Below, piece after piece: positions 18,012 to 25,892 of a stretch of 64,000 bases of DNA (its first letter is position 1; each line of letters starts with the position of its first letter). This DNA comes from Candidatus Micrarchaeota archaeon (GTDB lineage Archaea > Micrarchaeota > Micrarchaeia > Micrarchaeales > CABMGC01), in the NCBI GenBank assembly GCA_021851065.1, contig JAJZJQ010000002.1, positions 4,750-68,749 on the forward strand, read 5' to 3'. The translations under genes were made by a program, and so were the position numbers. The notes below the pieces were generated by a model. The model was given only the letters and a program-made list of their open reading frames with translations, made no database searches and had not been told where the DNA came from.

Positions 18012-18344
18012 ATGGTCAGCATAGACTCTTTTCTGGCGCTTGACTTGAGAGTGGGAAAGGTGCTTGAGGTTGAGGAGCATGCAGGAGCGCGTAAGCCCAT
18101 GTATAAGCTTATTGTAGACCTTGGGCCTGAGATTGGCAGGCGGCAGGTAATAGCAGGCATACGTGCTTCGTATACCAAGGATGAGATCGTAGGTAAGATG
18201 GTTGTGTGCATAGCCAACCTCGATGCCAAAATGATAGCAGGATTGGAATCGCAAGGCATGCTGCTTGCAGCAGGCGAGTCTGAAACAGAAATATCGCTGC
18301 TCACTCCGGACAGGGATGCGCAGCCTGGGAGCAAAGTGCACTAG
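18012..18344 (+). CDS. csaA: tRNA-binding domain protein (CsaA/Trbp111-like OB fold)
   Basis: FLALDLRVGKVLEVEEH..A.KPMYKLIVDLG...RQVIAGI...Y....IVGKMVVCIANLDAKMIAG.ESQGMLLAA. Confidence 0.85.
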   Translation: MVSIDSFLALDLRVGKVLEVEEHAGARKPMYKLIVDLGPEIGRRQVIAGIRASYTKDEIVGKMVVCIANLDAKMIAGLESQGMLLAAGESETEISLLTPDRDAQPGSKVH

Positions 18345-18351
18345 TGATGTG

Positions 18352-18942
18352 ATGAGGGGTAAGATAGTTGTAATAGTAGTGGGCCTGCCTGGCTCTGGCA
18401 AGAGCACAGCGGCGCAGATACTTAAAAGCATGGACTTTAAGGTAATAGAACTTGGAGATATATGGCGAGAACTGCTAAAGAAGAGTGCTGTAGCGCGCAA
18501 TGATCCAGTTGCAACGCGCGAATTCACAAGACAGTTGAGGGAAAGGGAGGGGAAAGATGTCTATGCCAGGTATGCATACAGGAGCATACGCAGGAGCAGG
18601 GAGATGGTTGCAATAATGGGAGTACGCAGTACATATGAGATGGATTATTTCAAGAAGAGGATGCCGCAGCTGCGCATAATCGCCCTTCTAGCGCCGTTCA
18701 GTGTGAGGTTTGAGAGAGTCATGGCACGCAGCAAGCCTGAGGATCACCGCACTCTCAAGTGGTTCAAGTGGCAGGAACAGAGGGAGAAGCAGGGATTCAT
18801 GGATAAAAAATCTGAGGAGAAGCACGGTGTCATGCGTGTAATCGATAATGCAGATTATGCAATTGCTAACGTATCCACAGTTGCGAGATTCAGGCACGAC
18901 ATGCGCAAAGTGGTCAGTGCAATAAAGGCCCGGAACAGCTGA
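18352..18942 (+). CDS. P-loop nucleotide/nucleoside kinase-like protein (UPF0200/dephospho-CoA-kinase-like family)
   Basis: Walker A VVGLPGSGKST. About 196 aa counted from the ATG at 18352, just after the csaA stop. The track ORF start at 18265 overlaps csaA. Confidence 0.7.
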   Translation: MRGKIVVIVVGLPGSGKSTAAQILKSMDFKVIELGDIWRELLKKSAVARNDPVATREFTRQLREREGKDVYARYAYRSIRRSREMVAIMGVRSTYEMDYFKKRMPQLRIIALLAPFSVRFERVMARSKPEDHRTLKWFKWQEQREKQGFMDKKSEEKHGVMRVIDNADYAIANVSTVARFRHDMRKVVSAIKARNS

Positions 18943-19016
18943 CTGAACATAATGGCTGCAGGGCGCATGTGCACCCAGCAGCCCAATCCCAAGACCCGCA
19001 TCCAACCGGCTTAACA

Positions 19017-19394
19017 TCAAGTGCTGAGCTGCAGCTGGACCATGCCATACTGCCTGTTCTGCACTGCGACCACCCTGCTCCTTATGATCTTCATACCAAG
19101 CTCAGTGAGGCCCAGTGGTTTGGGCCCCTCCCCCTTCTCGGTGAAGTCCACAATGCCCACCTTCTTGAGCTTCTTTAGCGTGTACCACACACCGCTCTTC
19201 GAGGCCTTGTACTTCTCGCTTGTGTAGTCCACGAAATCAGTTGCCGTAGGTATCAGGTTGAGCCCGATTTCATACATTAAAGTGAGCTCCTTTTCAGTAA
19301 CGCGCAGCTGACCGACATTTTCAATACTAGTTGTTTGTATAGGCATAAGAGCACCACCAGAAAGAGATTGGACTTTTTTGCTCTTATGCTGCAA
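19017..19394 (-). CDS. Winged-helix DNA-binding protein (MarR/ArsR-like), hypothetical regulator
   Basis: SGVWYTLKKLKKVGIVDFTEKGEG..PLGLTELG resembles a wHTH wing. Start possibly at 19346. Confidence 0.55.
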   Translation of the reverse strand: MQHKSKKVQSLSGGALMPIQTTSIENVGQLRVTEKELTLMYEIGLNLIPTATDFVDYTSEKYKASKSGVWYTLKKLKKVGIVDFTEKGEGPKPLGLTELGMKIIRSRVVAVQNRQYGMVQLQLST

Positions 19395-19548
19395 ACTTGT
19401 GATTGCATGAATTCATTCCGTATATGGCTATTACTGCTGTAGCTATGGTCGGCGTCAATGCCCTATCGAGCTTTGCGAACCATTGTGCCATATGCAACCC
19501 TTCAATCCTTACAATGGTTAGTCTGCAGGACACATATTTAAATCTTTC

Positions 19549-20421
19549 GTGCAAAAATCTTGTGTTTCAATGACAGGGTATACTCTCCTGAGCATCTCAG
19601 TCCTTCTGATAGTGGCAGCGGTATATGCCTTGTTTGACGTGCTCAATAAGCGCACGGTGCCAAACAAGTTCGCATTTCTGACCATCGTCATTGGAGTTGC
19701 GGTAGCTTTGCTCAATGGAAGTTATGAGCTTACTTTTGGCCTTGCATTTGCCATAGGCCTGCTCAGCTACGTGCTCTATAGGGTTGGTATGGTTGGCGGT
19801 GGAGATGTATTCGAGTTCGTCTTCGTGACACTCGCAATGCCGGTGTGGCAGCAGCCAGTATACGGTGGTTTTCAGTTCTTCATACCGTTTATAATATCAG
19901 TATTCATAGCTGCTGGGTACGCTTCGCTGCTTTTCATACCCATTTATTATCTCGTTATAAAGAAGCGCACAAAAATTGCTGACGGACCAAACAGGGAGAG
20001 CATCACCCTTGGTCTGGTAATGCTTGTAGGGTACATGATATTTCTGGCTGGGCTGTATGTGCTACTTGGGGTGAAACCCCTTGGCGTGGCGCTTGTTGGC
20101 GTGCTCGCAGTGGCATCCTTTGTAACAATACTGTATCAGAAGAGAGTTTACAACGGTATGGTGACCTTCGTCTATCCAAGGCAGCTGGAGGAGGGGGATA
20201 TGATAGCCACAAACCTAATGTCAAAAAGAGACATACAGCTGTTCAACAGCAAGACCAAGTTTGGCAGGCTTGCCACTGAGAAACTGATAAAGGACCTGAG
20301 GGGCGTGAAGAAGAAGATGCCGGTTTACAAGGACTCCGTTCCATTCTCTGCGTTCATGTTCATAGGCATTGTTGTCTCATTGCTCTTCGGCAACCTTATA
20401 CTGCTCATGGTAGGAGTATAA
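19549..20421 (+). CDS. Archaeal type IV prepilin/preflagellin peptidase (A24 family, PibD/FlaK-like)
   Basis: Polytopic membrane protein with both catalytic Asp contexts: ALFDVLNKRTVPN and GMVGGGDVFEF. Confidence 0.7.
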   Translation: MQKSCVSMTGYTLLSISVLLIVAAVYALFDVLNKRTVPNKFAFLTIVIGVAVALLNGSYELTFGLAFAIGLLSYVLYRVGMVGGGDVFEFVFVTLAMPVWQQPVYGGFQFFIPFIISVFIAAGYASLLFIPIYYLVIKKRTKIADGPNRESITLGLVMLVGYMIFLAGLYVLLGVKPLGVALVGVLAVASFVTILYQKRVYNGMVTFVYPRQLEEGDMIATNLMSKRDIQLFNSKTKFGRLATEKLIKDLRGVKKKMPVYKDSVPFSAFMFIGIVVSLLFGNLILLMVGV

Positions 20422-20431
20422 CTGCGCGGTA

Positions 20432-20480
20432 GCAATTGGGCCGCCTGGATTCTGCGCCACGGTTAATGTCCATCATATTA
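20432..20480. repeat. Possible degenerate distal copy (F) of the island repeat
   Basis: GCAATTG...CGGTTAATGTCC...CATATTA aligns weakly (about half the positions) to repeat A. Sits exactly where GC drops, after the peptidase gene. Confidence 0.25.
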
Positions 20481-20534
20481 TGTGGCATTCGATAAGTATA
20501 TTTAAGACCTCTTTGTTTAATATGGTTTGATAGG

Positions 20535-20870
20535 ATGCCTACGGCAAATGTATATTATGGAGACGGAGAAATCTATTCATCGTTGGTGCCAATAACACAT
20601 AAACTGAAAGAGTACTTAGCTGGAAAACTGACATGCAACGAAATCATACTTGAGGAAAATGAGATAAGCATAAGGTTCGTGGAAACAAATGGCGAAGGCA
20701 TGCTAGGCGACGTAGAATTAGAGATTACTGCTTACGAGTTTCCTGATAGGGTGAAGAAACAGGATGCGATATGCCATGACATAAAACAGTACATAGAACG
20801 GGAATGCCCGGCTGCCGGAGATGTAAGGGTATGGCTAAAACTCTGCAAGCTAGGGCATGATGTTCTATAA
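20535..20870 (+). CDS. Hypothetical protein (Pro-2 N-terminus; tautomerase-superfamily-like is only a guess)
   Basis: 111-aa ORF starting MPTANVYYG. No firm motif. Confidence 0.5.
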   Translation: MPTANVYYGDGEIYSSLVPITHKLKEYLAGKLTCNEIILEENEISIRFVETNGEGMLGDVELEITAYEFPDRVKKQDAICHDIKQYIERECPAAGDVRVWLKLCKLGHDVL

Positions 20871-20923
20871 AATAAGCACTATAGACAGAGGGGTATTTGC
20901 AATGCGCGCTTTTGTAGAGAATG

Positions 20924-21739
20924 TTACACATCATTTGTAATTATATCTACTAAAGAAGTTGTGTTTATGTATTCAGGTTTCCACCCTGCTAACCCAGAAT
21001 TCTGCTCGCCGTGGTCCTCGAAGTAGATATAGGTATTGCCTTTCCATCCGCTAAACTGATAAAATTTGCCTCCATTGGAATATGAAACTATAGACAGAAC
21101 ATAGGCTACTCCGTTTCTAGTGCCGTTTAGCCTTGTTATATTAGTGACTGTAAGGTTAGCTATGGGTATCGCTCGGTTAGAATAGTTGTAACTCATATAT
21201 GTGCTGAGGTCTTCGTTGAATATGCTTTGGGCTTCGCCCGTTTGCACTACGTACTCAAATACAGAAACATCCTTTGAGTAATTTCCTATAATAACAGTAG
21301 AACCGCCAGTAAAGGTAAATCCTTCTGACTGCAGTGTTTGGCCTTCGTAGCTTATGCCCTGTACTGTCAATGATGGAGTCATATTGTAAGTCCCCTGGCC
21401 AATTCCATAATAACTTCTGGCAGTATAGTTGGGGAAAGCGACACCAGTAAACAAGGTTTCTGCCTGGGCCTTGGTTATGCCACCAGTATTATTTGTTGTG
21501 GCAGTTTGCTGTGTTGTAGTTGCTATCGAACCTCCTTGAACTGTGGTAGTTGGATTGGTTGTCGTGGAAATTTTGGGTGAATTTGCCCCAGCCAGGAAAT
21601 AATAACCAGTGCCTAAAACAACCAATACTATGATAATGCCAGCAGCGTATGGAAGTTTGCTTCCTGAGTTGGTGGGTGGATTGGTGGGGGGAGTTCTGAT
21701 CGGCTGATCAAGGGCAGGTTGCTGATAGTTAGGGTCCAT
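20924..21739 (-). CDS. Hypothetical membrane-anchored extracellular protein
   Basis: P/T-rich N-terminus, one TM (YAAGIIIVLVVLGTGYYFLAG), a T-rich linker, then a domain of about 190 aa with NxS/T sequons. Confidence 0.55.
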   Translation of the reverse strand: MDPNYQQPALDQPIRTPPTNPPTNSGSKLPYAAGIIIVLVVLGTGYYFLAGANSPKISTTTNPTTTVQGGSIATTTQQTATTNNTGGITKAQAETLFTGVAFPNYTARSYYGIGQGTYNMTPSLTVQGISYEGQTLQSEGFTFTGGSTVIIGNYSKDVSVFEYVVQTGEAQSIFNEDLSTYMSYNYSNRAIPIANLTVTNITRLNGTRNGVAYVLSIVSYSNGGKFYQFSGWKGNTYIYFEDHGEQNSGLAGWKPEYINTTSLVDIITNDV

Positions 21740-21870
21740 TTACTCACGGCAGATTATTAGGGTAAGGAGATATTTATAAAACTTTAGGGGGATTTGCTCC
21801 CACCACTAATGCGCGGTCCTATGTACAATTATGCCATCATGTAGCTTCGGAAGTCGGACATGCCTAAGGC

Positions 21871-21927
21871 GACAAGCGTAACTGCTCCCATCGGAAGATG
21901 CAATCCGGTTAAGTGCCTACCGGATAT
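21871..21927. repeat. Island repeat A (tRNA-Glu 3'-end-derived)
   Basis: GACAAGCGTAACTGCTCCCATCGGAAGATGCAATCCGGTTAAGTGCCTACCGGATATT. Shares the core and also the flank CAAGCG-AA-TGCTCCC with the sequence next to the tRNA (GGCAAGCGCAATTGCTCCC). Confidence 0.6.
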
Positions 21928-21999
21928 TAATATCGTAACGGTCTTGGCTTTTGTCCCTTTACTTATGGTTTTTTATATTGTGTTAGCCATATTAGCCCC

Positions 22000-22299
22000 A
22001 TGGTAAATGTACAGGCGGGCAGCCCTATAATCAAAAGGAGGATGAACCCGCTCGTGTTTTTGTTGACATGCGTTCTTGGTTATGTGGCTATCTTTGTTCT
22101 TTTTGTTGTACTATCTTTTTGGATTTTCTTGTTGTGGTTTATTGTTATATTTGCTACTATACCAATATACATCAAGGCAGTTAGATCCACCTCGCCAACT
22201 GCATACGTCTTTGCTTATGTGTTTACTTCTTCTTTTATGGGAGGGCCCATAACCAACGTTATTGCGGCTTTGGTTTTAGGTAGGCACGGATTGCTTTGA
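22000..22299 (+). CDS. Small multi-TM membrane protein, hypothetical
   Basis: 99 aa with 3 hydrophobic helices. It is the sole ORF between repeats A and B. Confidence 0.45.
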   Translation: MVNVQAGSPIIKRRMNPLVFLLTCVLGYVAIFVLFVVLSFWIFLLWFIVIFATIPIYIKAVRSTSPTAYVFAYVFTSSFMGGPITNVIAALVLGRHGLL

Positions 22300-22304
22300 A
22301 GTCA

Positions 22305-22347
22305 TGCTCCATCGGGAATATACCTTCCAGTTAAATGCCCGCCGTAC
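22305..22347. repeat. Island repeat B
   Basis: TGCTCC-ATCGGGAATATACCTTCCAGTTAAATGCCCGCCGTA. About 40/43 identical to repeat C. Confidence 0.7.
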
Positions 22348-22400
22348 GTCCTGCATTATTAAGTTCTAATACCATAAATGCTGCAATCTTGACATCCGAC

Positions 22401-23096
22401 CTAAGTTTTCATGCATTTGTAGACTATGTTCGGAGCCACTTTGGTTTCGTCCAACCAACCTTTTCCCTTGGCTAAGGGGTACGACGCCTTGACAAGTTTG
22501 AAACCAGCCTGTGAGATGGCCCTGTGGTAATCCTGCTCAGTCCAATATGTGTCCTTTATCGTAAAAGAGGGCCTACCATTTATCACGGTGTCAACTCTGT
22601 CTCCGCTTTTTAGGCCTTTTTTTCTCTTGGTATAACCTACCTTATATTCATGTCCAAGAGCTTTAGGATTAGAGGTGACTATCACTAGGGTAGAGCTCGG
22701 CTTTAGCACCCTATAAATCTCAGTAAGCACGGCTAACATCTCCTTTGTGGTCCTTGATTCCACGAGCATGTGAGCAGTAAAAGCGGAGTCGAAATAGCTA
22801 TCTCTGAAAGGGATCCGCCCAGTAACGTTATAAAACGCGAGTCCGTGGCTGTTGTATTTCTTCTTCGCCAAGCGTATCATTTCTTTGTTTATATCGGCAC
22901 CTATTACTGTCCTTGCCCCTAGCGCCTTCACGAACATCGTTGACCTACCAGCGCCACAACCGAAGTCAAGTACTGCCTTGCCTCTAAGCGAGTTGCTGAA
23001 CATTCTGGCGGCGCACCTGAAGGCAGGTTCAGTAGTAGTGTTTACTATGCCAAGAGCAGCAAACGATTCGACTTGCGAGCTTGAATATTTGTGCAT
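22401..23096 (-). CDS. Class I SAM-dependent methyltransferase
   Basis: Motif I VLDFGCGAGRST, followed by the usual acidic post-I residue (GADIN) and a Methyltransf_11/25-like core. Confidence 0.85.
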   Translation of the reverse strand: MHKYSSSQVESFAALGIVNTTTEPAFRCAARMFSNSLRGKAVLDFGCGAGRSTMFVKALGARTVIGADINKEMIRLAKKKYNSHGLAFYNVTGRIPFRDSYFDSAFTAHMLVESRTTKEMLAVLTEIYRVLKPSSTLVIVTSNPKALGHEYKVGYTKRKKGLKSGDRVDTVINGRPSFTIKDTYWTEQDYHRAISQAGFKLVKASYPLAKGKGWLDETKVAPNIVYKCMKT

Positions 23097-23102
23097 AATT
23101 AA

Positions 23103-23302
23103 TCATTGGACATAAAGTTCAAAAACCATATAGATGATTCTGTACTGCCCCACTTCATCTACAAAGAATAAGCTCTTCTTTAAGTGCCGCTTGCTGGGAT
23201 GAGTTAGTATCTTATTAATCTTTTGGCCACTCGCTCTTTTACGATGTTGTCCAAATCCTGGAAGTAACTAGGCCATTCCTGGTCGTACTTCGCTTTGTAC
23301 AT
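23103..23302 (-). pseudogene. Frameshifted, C-terminally short RelE/ParE-family toxin remnant
   Basis: The ATG lies 5 nt after the RHH stop. Frame 0 gives MYKAKYDQEWPSYFQDLDNIVKERVAKRLIRY-stop. The -1 frame continues KINKILTHPSKRHLKKSLFFVDEVGQYRIIYMVFELYVQ-stop, which has the RelE-like G-YRIIY core. The shift is near an A-run (CCAAAAGA). Confidence 0.5.
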
Positions 23303-23307
23303 GGCTA

Positions 23308-23550
23308 TCAATTTACGTACTTGGCATAGGTACCCAGAGCTTCCTTGCTATTTAGAGTCTTTCTCTTTCCTTCTCTGATCTCCTTGTTGATCCTATCTAA
23401 CTTCTTCTTGACCATGGTCTCTTCAACATTGTGCTGCTCTCCGAAGGTAAGTATCGCAAGCCGTATAGCTTCCGACTTGGTATTGGCGTATCCTTCTGAA
23501 ATCATATCTTCAAGCATCTGGTGCACTTTGCCTCTTAGAATAACATTCAT
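23308..23550 (-). CDS. Ribbon-helix-helix (CopG/ParD-like) antitoxin or regulator
   Basis: 80 aa. MNVILRGKVHQMLEDMISEGYANTKSEAIRLAI fits an RHH fold. Sits upstream of the RelE-like remnant. Confidence 0.75.
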   Translation of the reverse strand: MNVILRGKVHQMLEDMISEGYANTKSEAIRLAILTFGEQHNVEETMVKKKLDRINKEIREGKRKTLNSKEALGTYAKYVN

Positions 23551-23648
23551 GTCATTACCTAGAGTATATTATGTATTCCATGATTTAAATATGTTCCGTT
23601 TATGTACCATTATAGCACATAAAACACGTAGTTCTAACATTATCCTGG

Positions 23649-23691
23649 TGCTCCCATCGGGAATATACCTTCCAGTTAAGTGCCCACCGTA
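23649..23691. repeat. Island repeat C
   Basis: TGCTCCCATCGGGAATATACCTTCCAGTTAAGTGCCCACCGTA. Its first 14 nt are identical to the tRNA-Glu 3' end (25893..25906). Confidence 0.7.
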
Positions 23692-23749
23692 TATCTGGGA
23701 GTATATGAAGATATGCGTTTCTTGGTGATATAGGCACATCGTATGGGTA

Positions 23750-23801
23750 TGTTTCCTGAAGGAAACAATATTTAAATAGTTATGTTTCCTATAGTAAACA
23801 T
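23750..23801. promoter_or_regulatory. Operator-like palindromes around a TATA-like box upstream of the ATPase gene
   Basis: TGTTTCCT-GA-AGGAAACA (23750..23767), then ATATTTAAATA, then ATGTTTCCTATAGTAAACAT (23782..23801). The motif TATGTTTCCT occurs twice. The ATG is at 23802. Confidence 0.3.
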
Positions 23802-25106
23802 ATGATAGAAAGGGATTTGATCAAGAGGGTAGTCTCAGAGGCTCTGCAGTTTACATTGCCTAAAAGCATGCCCAGGGATATAGAGTTAGGCAGCATTTCA
23901 AATAAGATAATAACAATTGCTGGCATCAGGAGAAGTGGCAAAACATACGAGCTCTACAACAAAATAAAGGAACTTGAGAGTAAGGGGGTAAAAAGGCAGA
24001 ACATCTTTTACATTAACTTTGAGGATGAAAGGTTGCGTGGAATTGCAGCGGATGAACTTGACTATATAATTGACTTGTATAAGGAACTATCTGGATTTGA
24101 TAGGAATTCTGCAATATGCCTGTTTTTCGACGAGATACAGAATATAAACGGGTGGGATATGTGGGTGCGCAGACTCTATGAGAGAGGCTACAAAATCTTT
24201 ATAACCGGATCTTCATCGAAGTTGCTAAGCAGAGAAATAAGCACGCATTTGGCTGGAAGGAATCTGACTTACTTGGTGTATCCGTTCTCTTTTGCGGAGT
24301 TTCTGCGCTCTAGGGAAATAAGATATGAGGGGAAGGAGCTTTACTCAAAACCAGGAGAATTCAATAGTTACGTGTCAGAGTATATGGACTTTGGCGGCTT
24401 CCCGGAGGTTGTGGTAGCAGGGTCACAAGAAGAAAAGATCAGGATACTAAAATCATATTATGATGCCATAATTTATAGGGACATAATTGATAGGTATAAA
24501 ATAAAGGACACGGATATGCTTTCCGTAGCGCTTAGGTATGCTATAGGTTCCTATTCGAAACACTTTAGTGCATCAAAGATGCACAATTATTTTGCAAGTA
24601 ACAGGATGAAGATCAGCAAGAAGACGCTTAATGAGATGGCAAAATATGCCGAATCTGTATTTTTATTCTCCACTGTGTACAAGTTTTCACCTAGCTTCAA
24701 GAAGTCGTTCCAGTCACGAAGAAAGCTTTACCTGACAGACACGGGATTTGTTAGGGTGCTGGCTGGCATGCAGGATTATGGCAGATTGCTAGAAGGGATA
24801 GTTTACGTTGAGCTTCTCAGGAGGAAAGAAAGAGCCCAGTCATCAGAAATATTTTATACTGAGAACAAAAAGGGGGAGGTGGACTTCGTAGTTTCGGAAG
24901 GCCTGAAGCCAACAGAACTTATACAGGTAACTTATGACCTGAATAGAGAAAATGAAGAGAGAGAAATCCTGCCTTTACTGGAATCGATGGATGAGTTTGG
25001 ATTGAAAAGCAGCACGATTATTACAATGTCAGAAAACGCACAGAGAAAGGAAGGTAAGAAGACCGTAAACATTGTCTCATTCGCGCGGTGGGCATTAAGT
25101 GTTTGA
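23802..25106 (+). CDS. AAA-family ATPase with DUF4143-type C-terminal domain (COG1373-like archaeal ATPase)
   Basis: Walker A GIRRSGKTY and Walker B LFFDEIQ. The 434-aa size and architecture are typical of this abundant archaeal family. Confidence 0.85.
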   Translation: MIERDLIKRVVSEALQFTLPKSMPRDIELGSISNKIITIAGIRRSGKTYELYNKIKELESKGVKRQNIFYINFEDERLRGIAADELDYIIDLYKELSGFDRNSAICLFFDEIQNINGWDMWVRRLYERGYKIFITGSSSKLLSREISTHLAGRNLTYLVYPFSFAEFLRSREIRYEGKELYSKPGEFNSYVSEYMDFGGFPEVVVAGSQEEKIRILKSYYDAIIYRDIIDRYKIKDTDMLSVALRYAIGSYSKHFSASKMHNYFASNRMKISKKTLNEMAKYAESVFLFSTVYKFSPSFKKSFQSRRKLYLTDTGFVRVLAGMQDYGRLLEGIVYVELLRRKERAQSSEIFYTENKKGEVDFVVSEGLKPTELIQVTYDLNRENEEREILPLLESMDEFGLKSSTIITMSENAQRKEGKKTVNIVSFARWALSV

Positions 25107-25127
25107 TCCCCAAGCTGGCCTTACATT

Positions 25128-25170
25128 AGCCCCATCGGGAAGTTGCATTCTAGTTAAGTGCTCAACAGAT
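25128..25170. repeat. Island repeat D (more diverged)
   Basis: AGCCCCATCGGGAAGTTGCATTCTAGTTAAGTGCTCAACAGAT. Keeps CCCATCGGGAA and TAGTTAAGTGC. Confidence 0.55.
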
Positions 25171-25203
25171 ATTGGCGTATATGCAGTAATGTACGATAAT
25201 ATC

Positions 25204-25824
25204 TTACAGTTTCTTCTGAAGTAAGACATTGAATTTCCTATCCTTGAAATGAAACTTGATAGTGTTGTAGTCCCTAAAAAGGCTTTTGAACTCTTTTTTT
25301 GTAAAGTAATGATAATAATCCCCTCCTTTACCGTGCTGGTAAGTTCCTTTTTCGTTTGTTTTGACCTGACCATAAAACTGTTTTCTTTTCCATACGTATT
25401 GTTGATCGCTTTCAACGTATACATACCCTCCGTTCTTCGTTATCCTATGAATCTCCTTGATATACTTCTTTATTCCTGCTAATCTTGCCTGGTATAATGC
25501 ACGTACTATAATTACAGCATCGAAAAAGTTATTTCTGTAAGGTAACTCGCCTGTTAACTTCAGTAATCTAATGTGCATCTTCCTGTTGGTTTCTTTTTGC
25601 CTTTTTCTTAAAGAGGCTATGGCTGTTTTTGATCTGTCAAAACAATAAACATCAAAACCTTTCTGCGCAAGGAATATTGAATTTCTGCCTGTGCCGCAAT
25701 AAAAATCGAGAAGTTTATCTACATTTTCCTTCTTGAAAAACTTACTTAGATTGTACATACTTGATGATGGCTTGTGCTGTCCTACTCCTCTGCCCTTATA
25801 ATAACGTTCATATGGATCTGGCAT
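25204..25824 (-). CDS. Class I SAM-dependent methyltransferase
   Basis: Motif I LLDFYCGTGRNSIFLAQKGFDVYCFDRS. 206 aa. Confidence 0.8.
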   Translation of the reverse strand: MPDPYERYYKGRGVGQHKPSSSMYNLSKFFKKENVDKLLDFYCGTGRNSIFLAQKGFDVYCFDRSKTAIASLRKRQKETNRKMHIRLLKLTGELPYRNNFFDAVIIVRALYQARLAGIKKYIKEIHRITKNGGYVYVESDQQYVWKRKQFYGQVKTNEKGTYQHGKGGDYYHYFTKKEFKSLFRDYNTIKFHFKDRKFNVLLQKKL

Positions 25825-25892
25825 TGACTTACCTTTTGGTGATCTCTTCCTGCCTTTCGGGATTTTGACCCGCCTCAGACGGCAAGCGCAAT

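Larger units (their letters stand above)
20432..25892. mobile_element. Putative integrated accessory island next to tRNA-Glu, partitioned by tRNA-3'-end-derived direct repeats; no recombinase seen
   Basis: GC looks lower by eye (about 30-40% versus about 50% in flanking genes). Cargo is accessory-type. The core GCTCCCATCGGGA recurs in direct orientation and is identical to the tRNA-Glu 3' end that bounds the island. Confidence 0.4.

Noticed and set aside
17895-18527. 210-aa minus-strand ORF across csaA and the kinase start
   Set aside because: It lies entirely antisense to two well-supported genes and has odd composition (S/C/R/H-rich). This is a typical shadow ORF. The same reasoning applies to other long antisense ORFs, for example 4687..5283, 10750..11265, 35036..35644, 45020..45514, 46819..47445, 48184..48810, 50538..51350, 57329..58000 and 62277..63047.
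21793-21999. Two further short matches to the island repeat (TTTGCTCCCACC at about 21795, and ATTAGCCCCATGG at about 21986, which resembles repeat D)
   Set aside because: Only 9-12 nt match and the extended consensus is absent. This could be chance. They are mentioned so that a formal repeat search can revisit them.
22326-23680. TTCCAGT inside island repeats B and C (and CTTCCAGTATC at about 28322 inside endA) as additional ORB-like sites
   Set aside because: These are short matches of 7-10 nt embedded in other features, with no inverted partner or AT-rich spacer. They are most likely coincidental.
21871-25170. Island repeats A-D as functional split-tRNA 3' halves or extra tRNA-Glu genes
   Set aside because: Only the T-stem 3' strand and acceptor 3' strand match the tRNA. 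The would-be T-loop (for example GGUAUAU) lacks UUCRA, there is no anticodon-stem complement, and no matching 5' halves were seen. They look like att-type remnants rather than tRNA genes.
20432-25892. Integrase, transposase or split SSV-type int fragments flanking the island
   Set aside because: I read all six frames around each repeat and at both island ends. No tyrosine or serine recombinase motifs, or ORFs of suitable size, were found. The island is therefore reported without a mobility gene.
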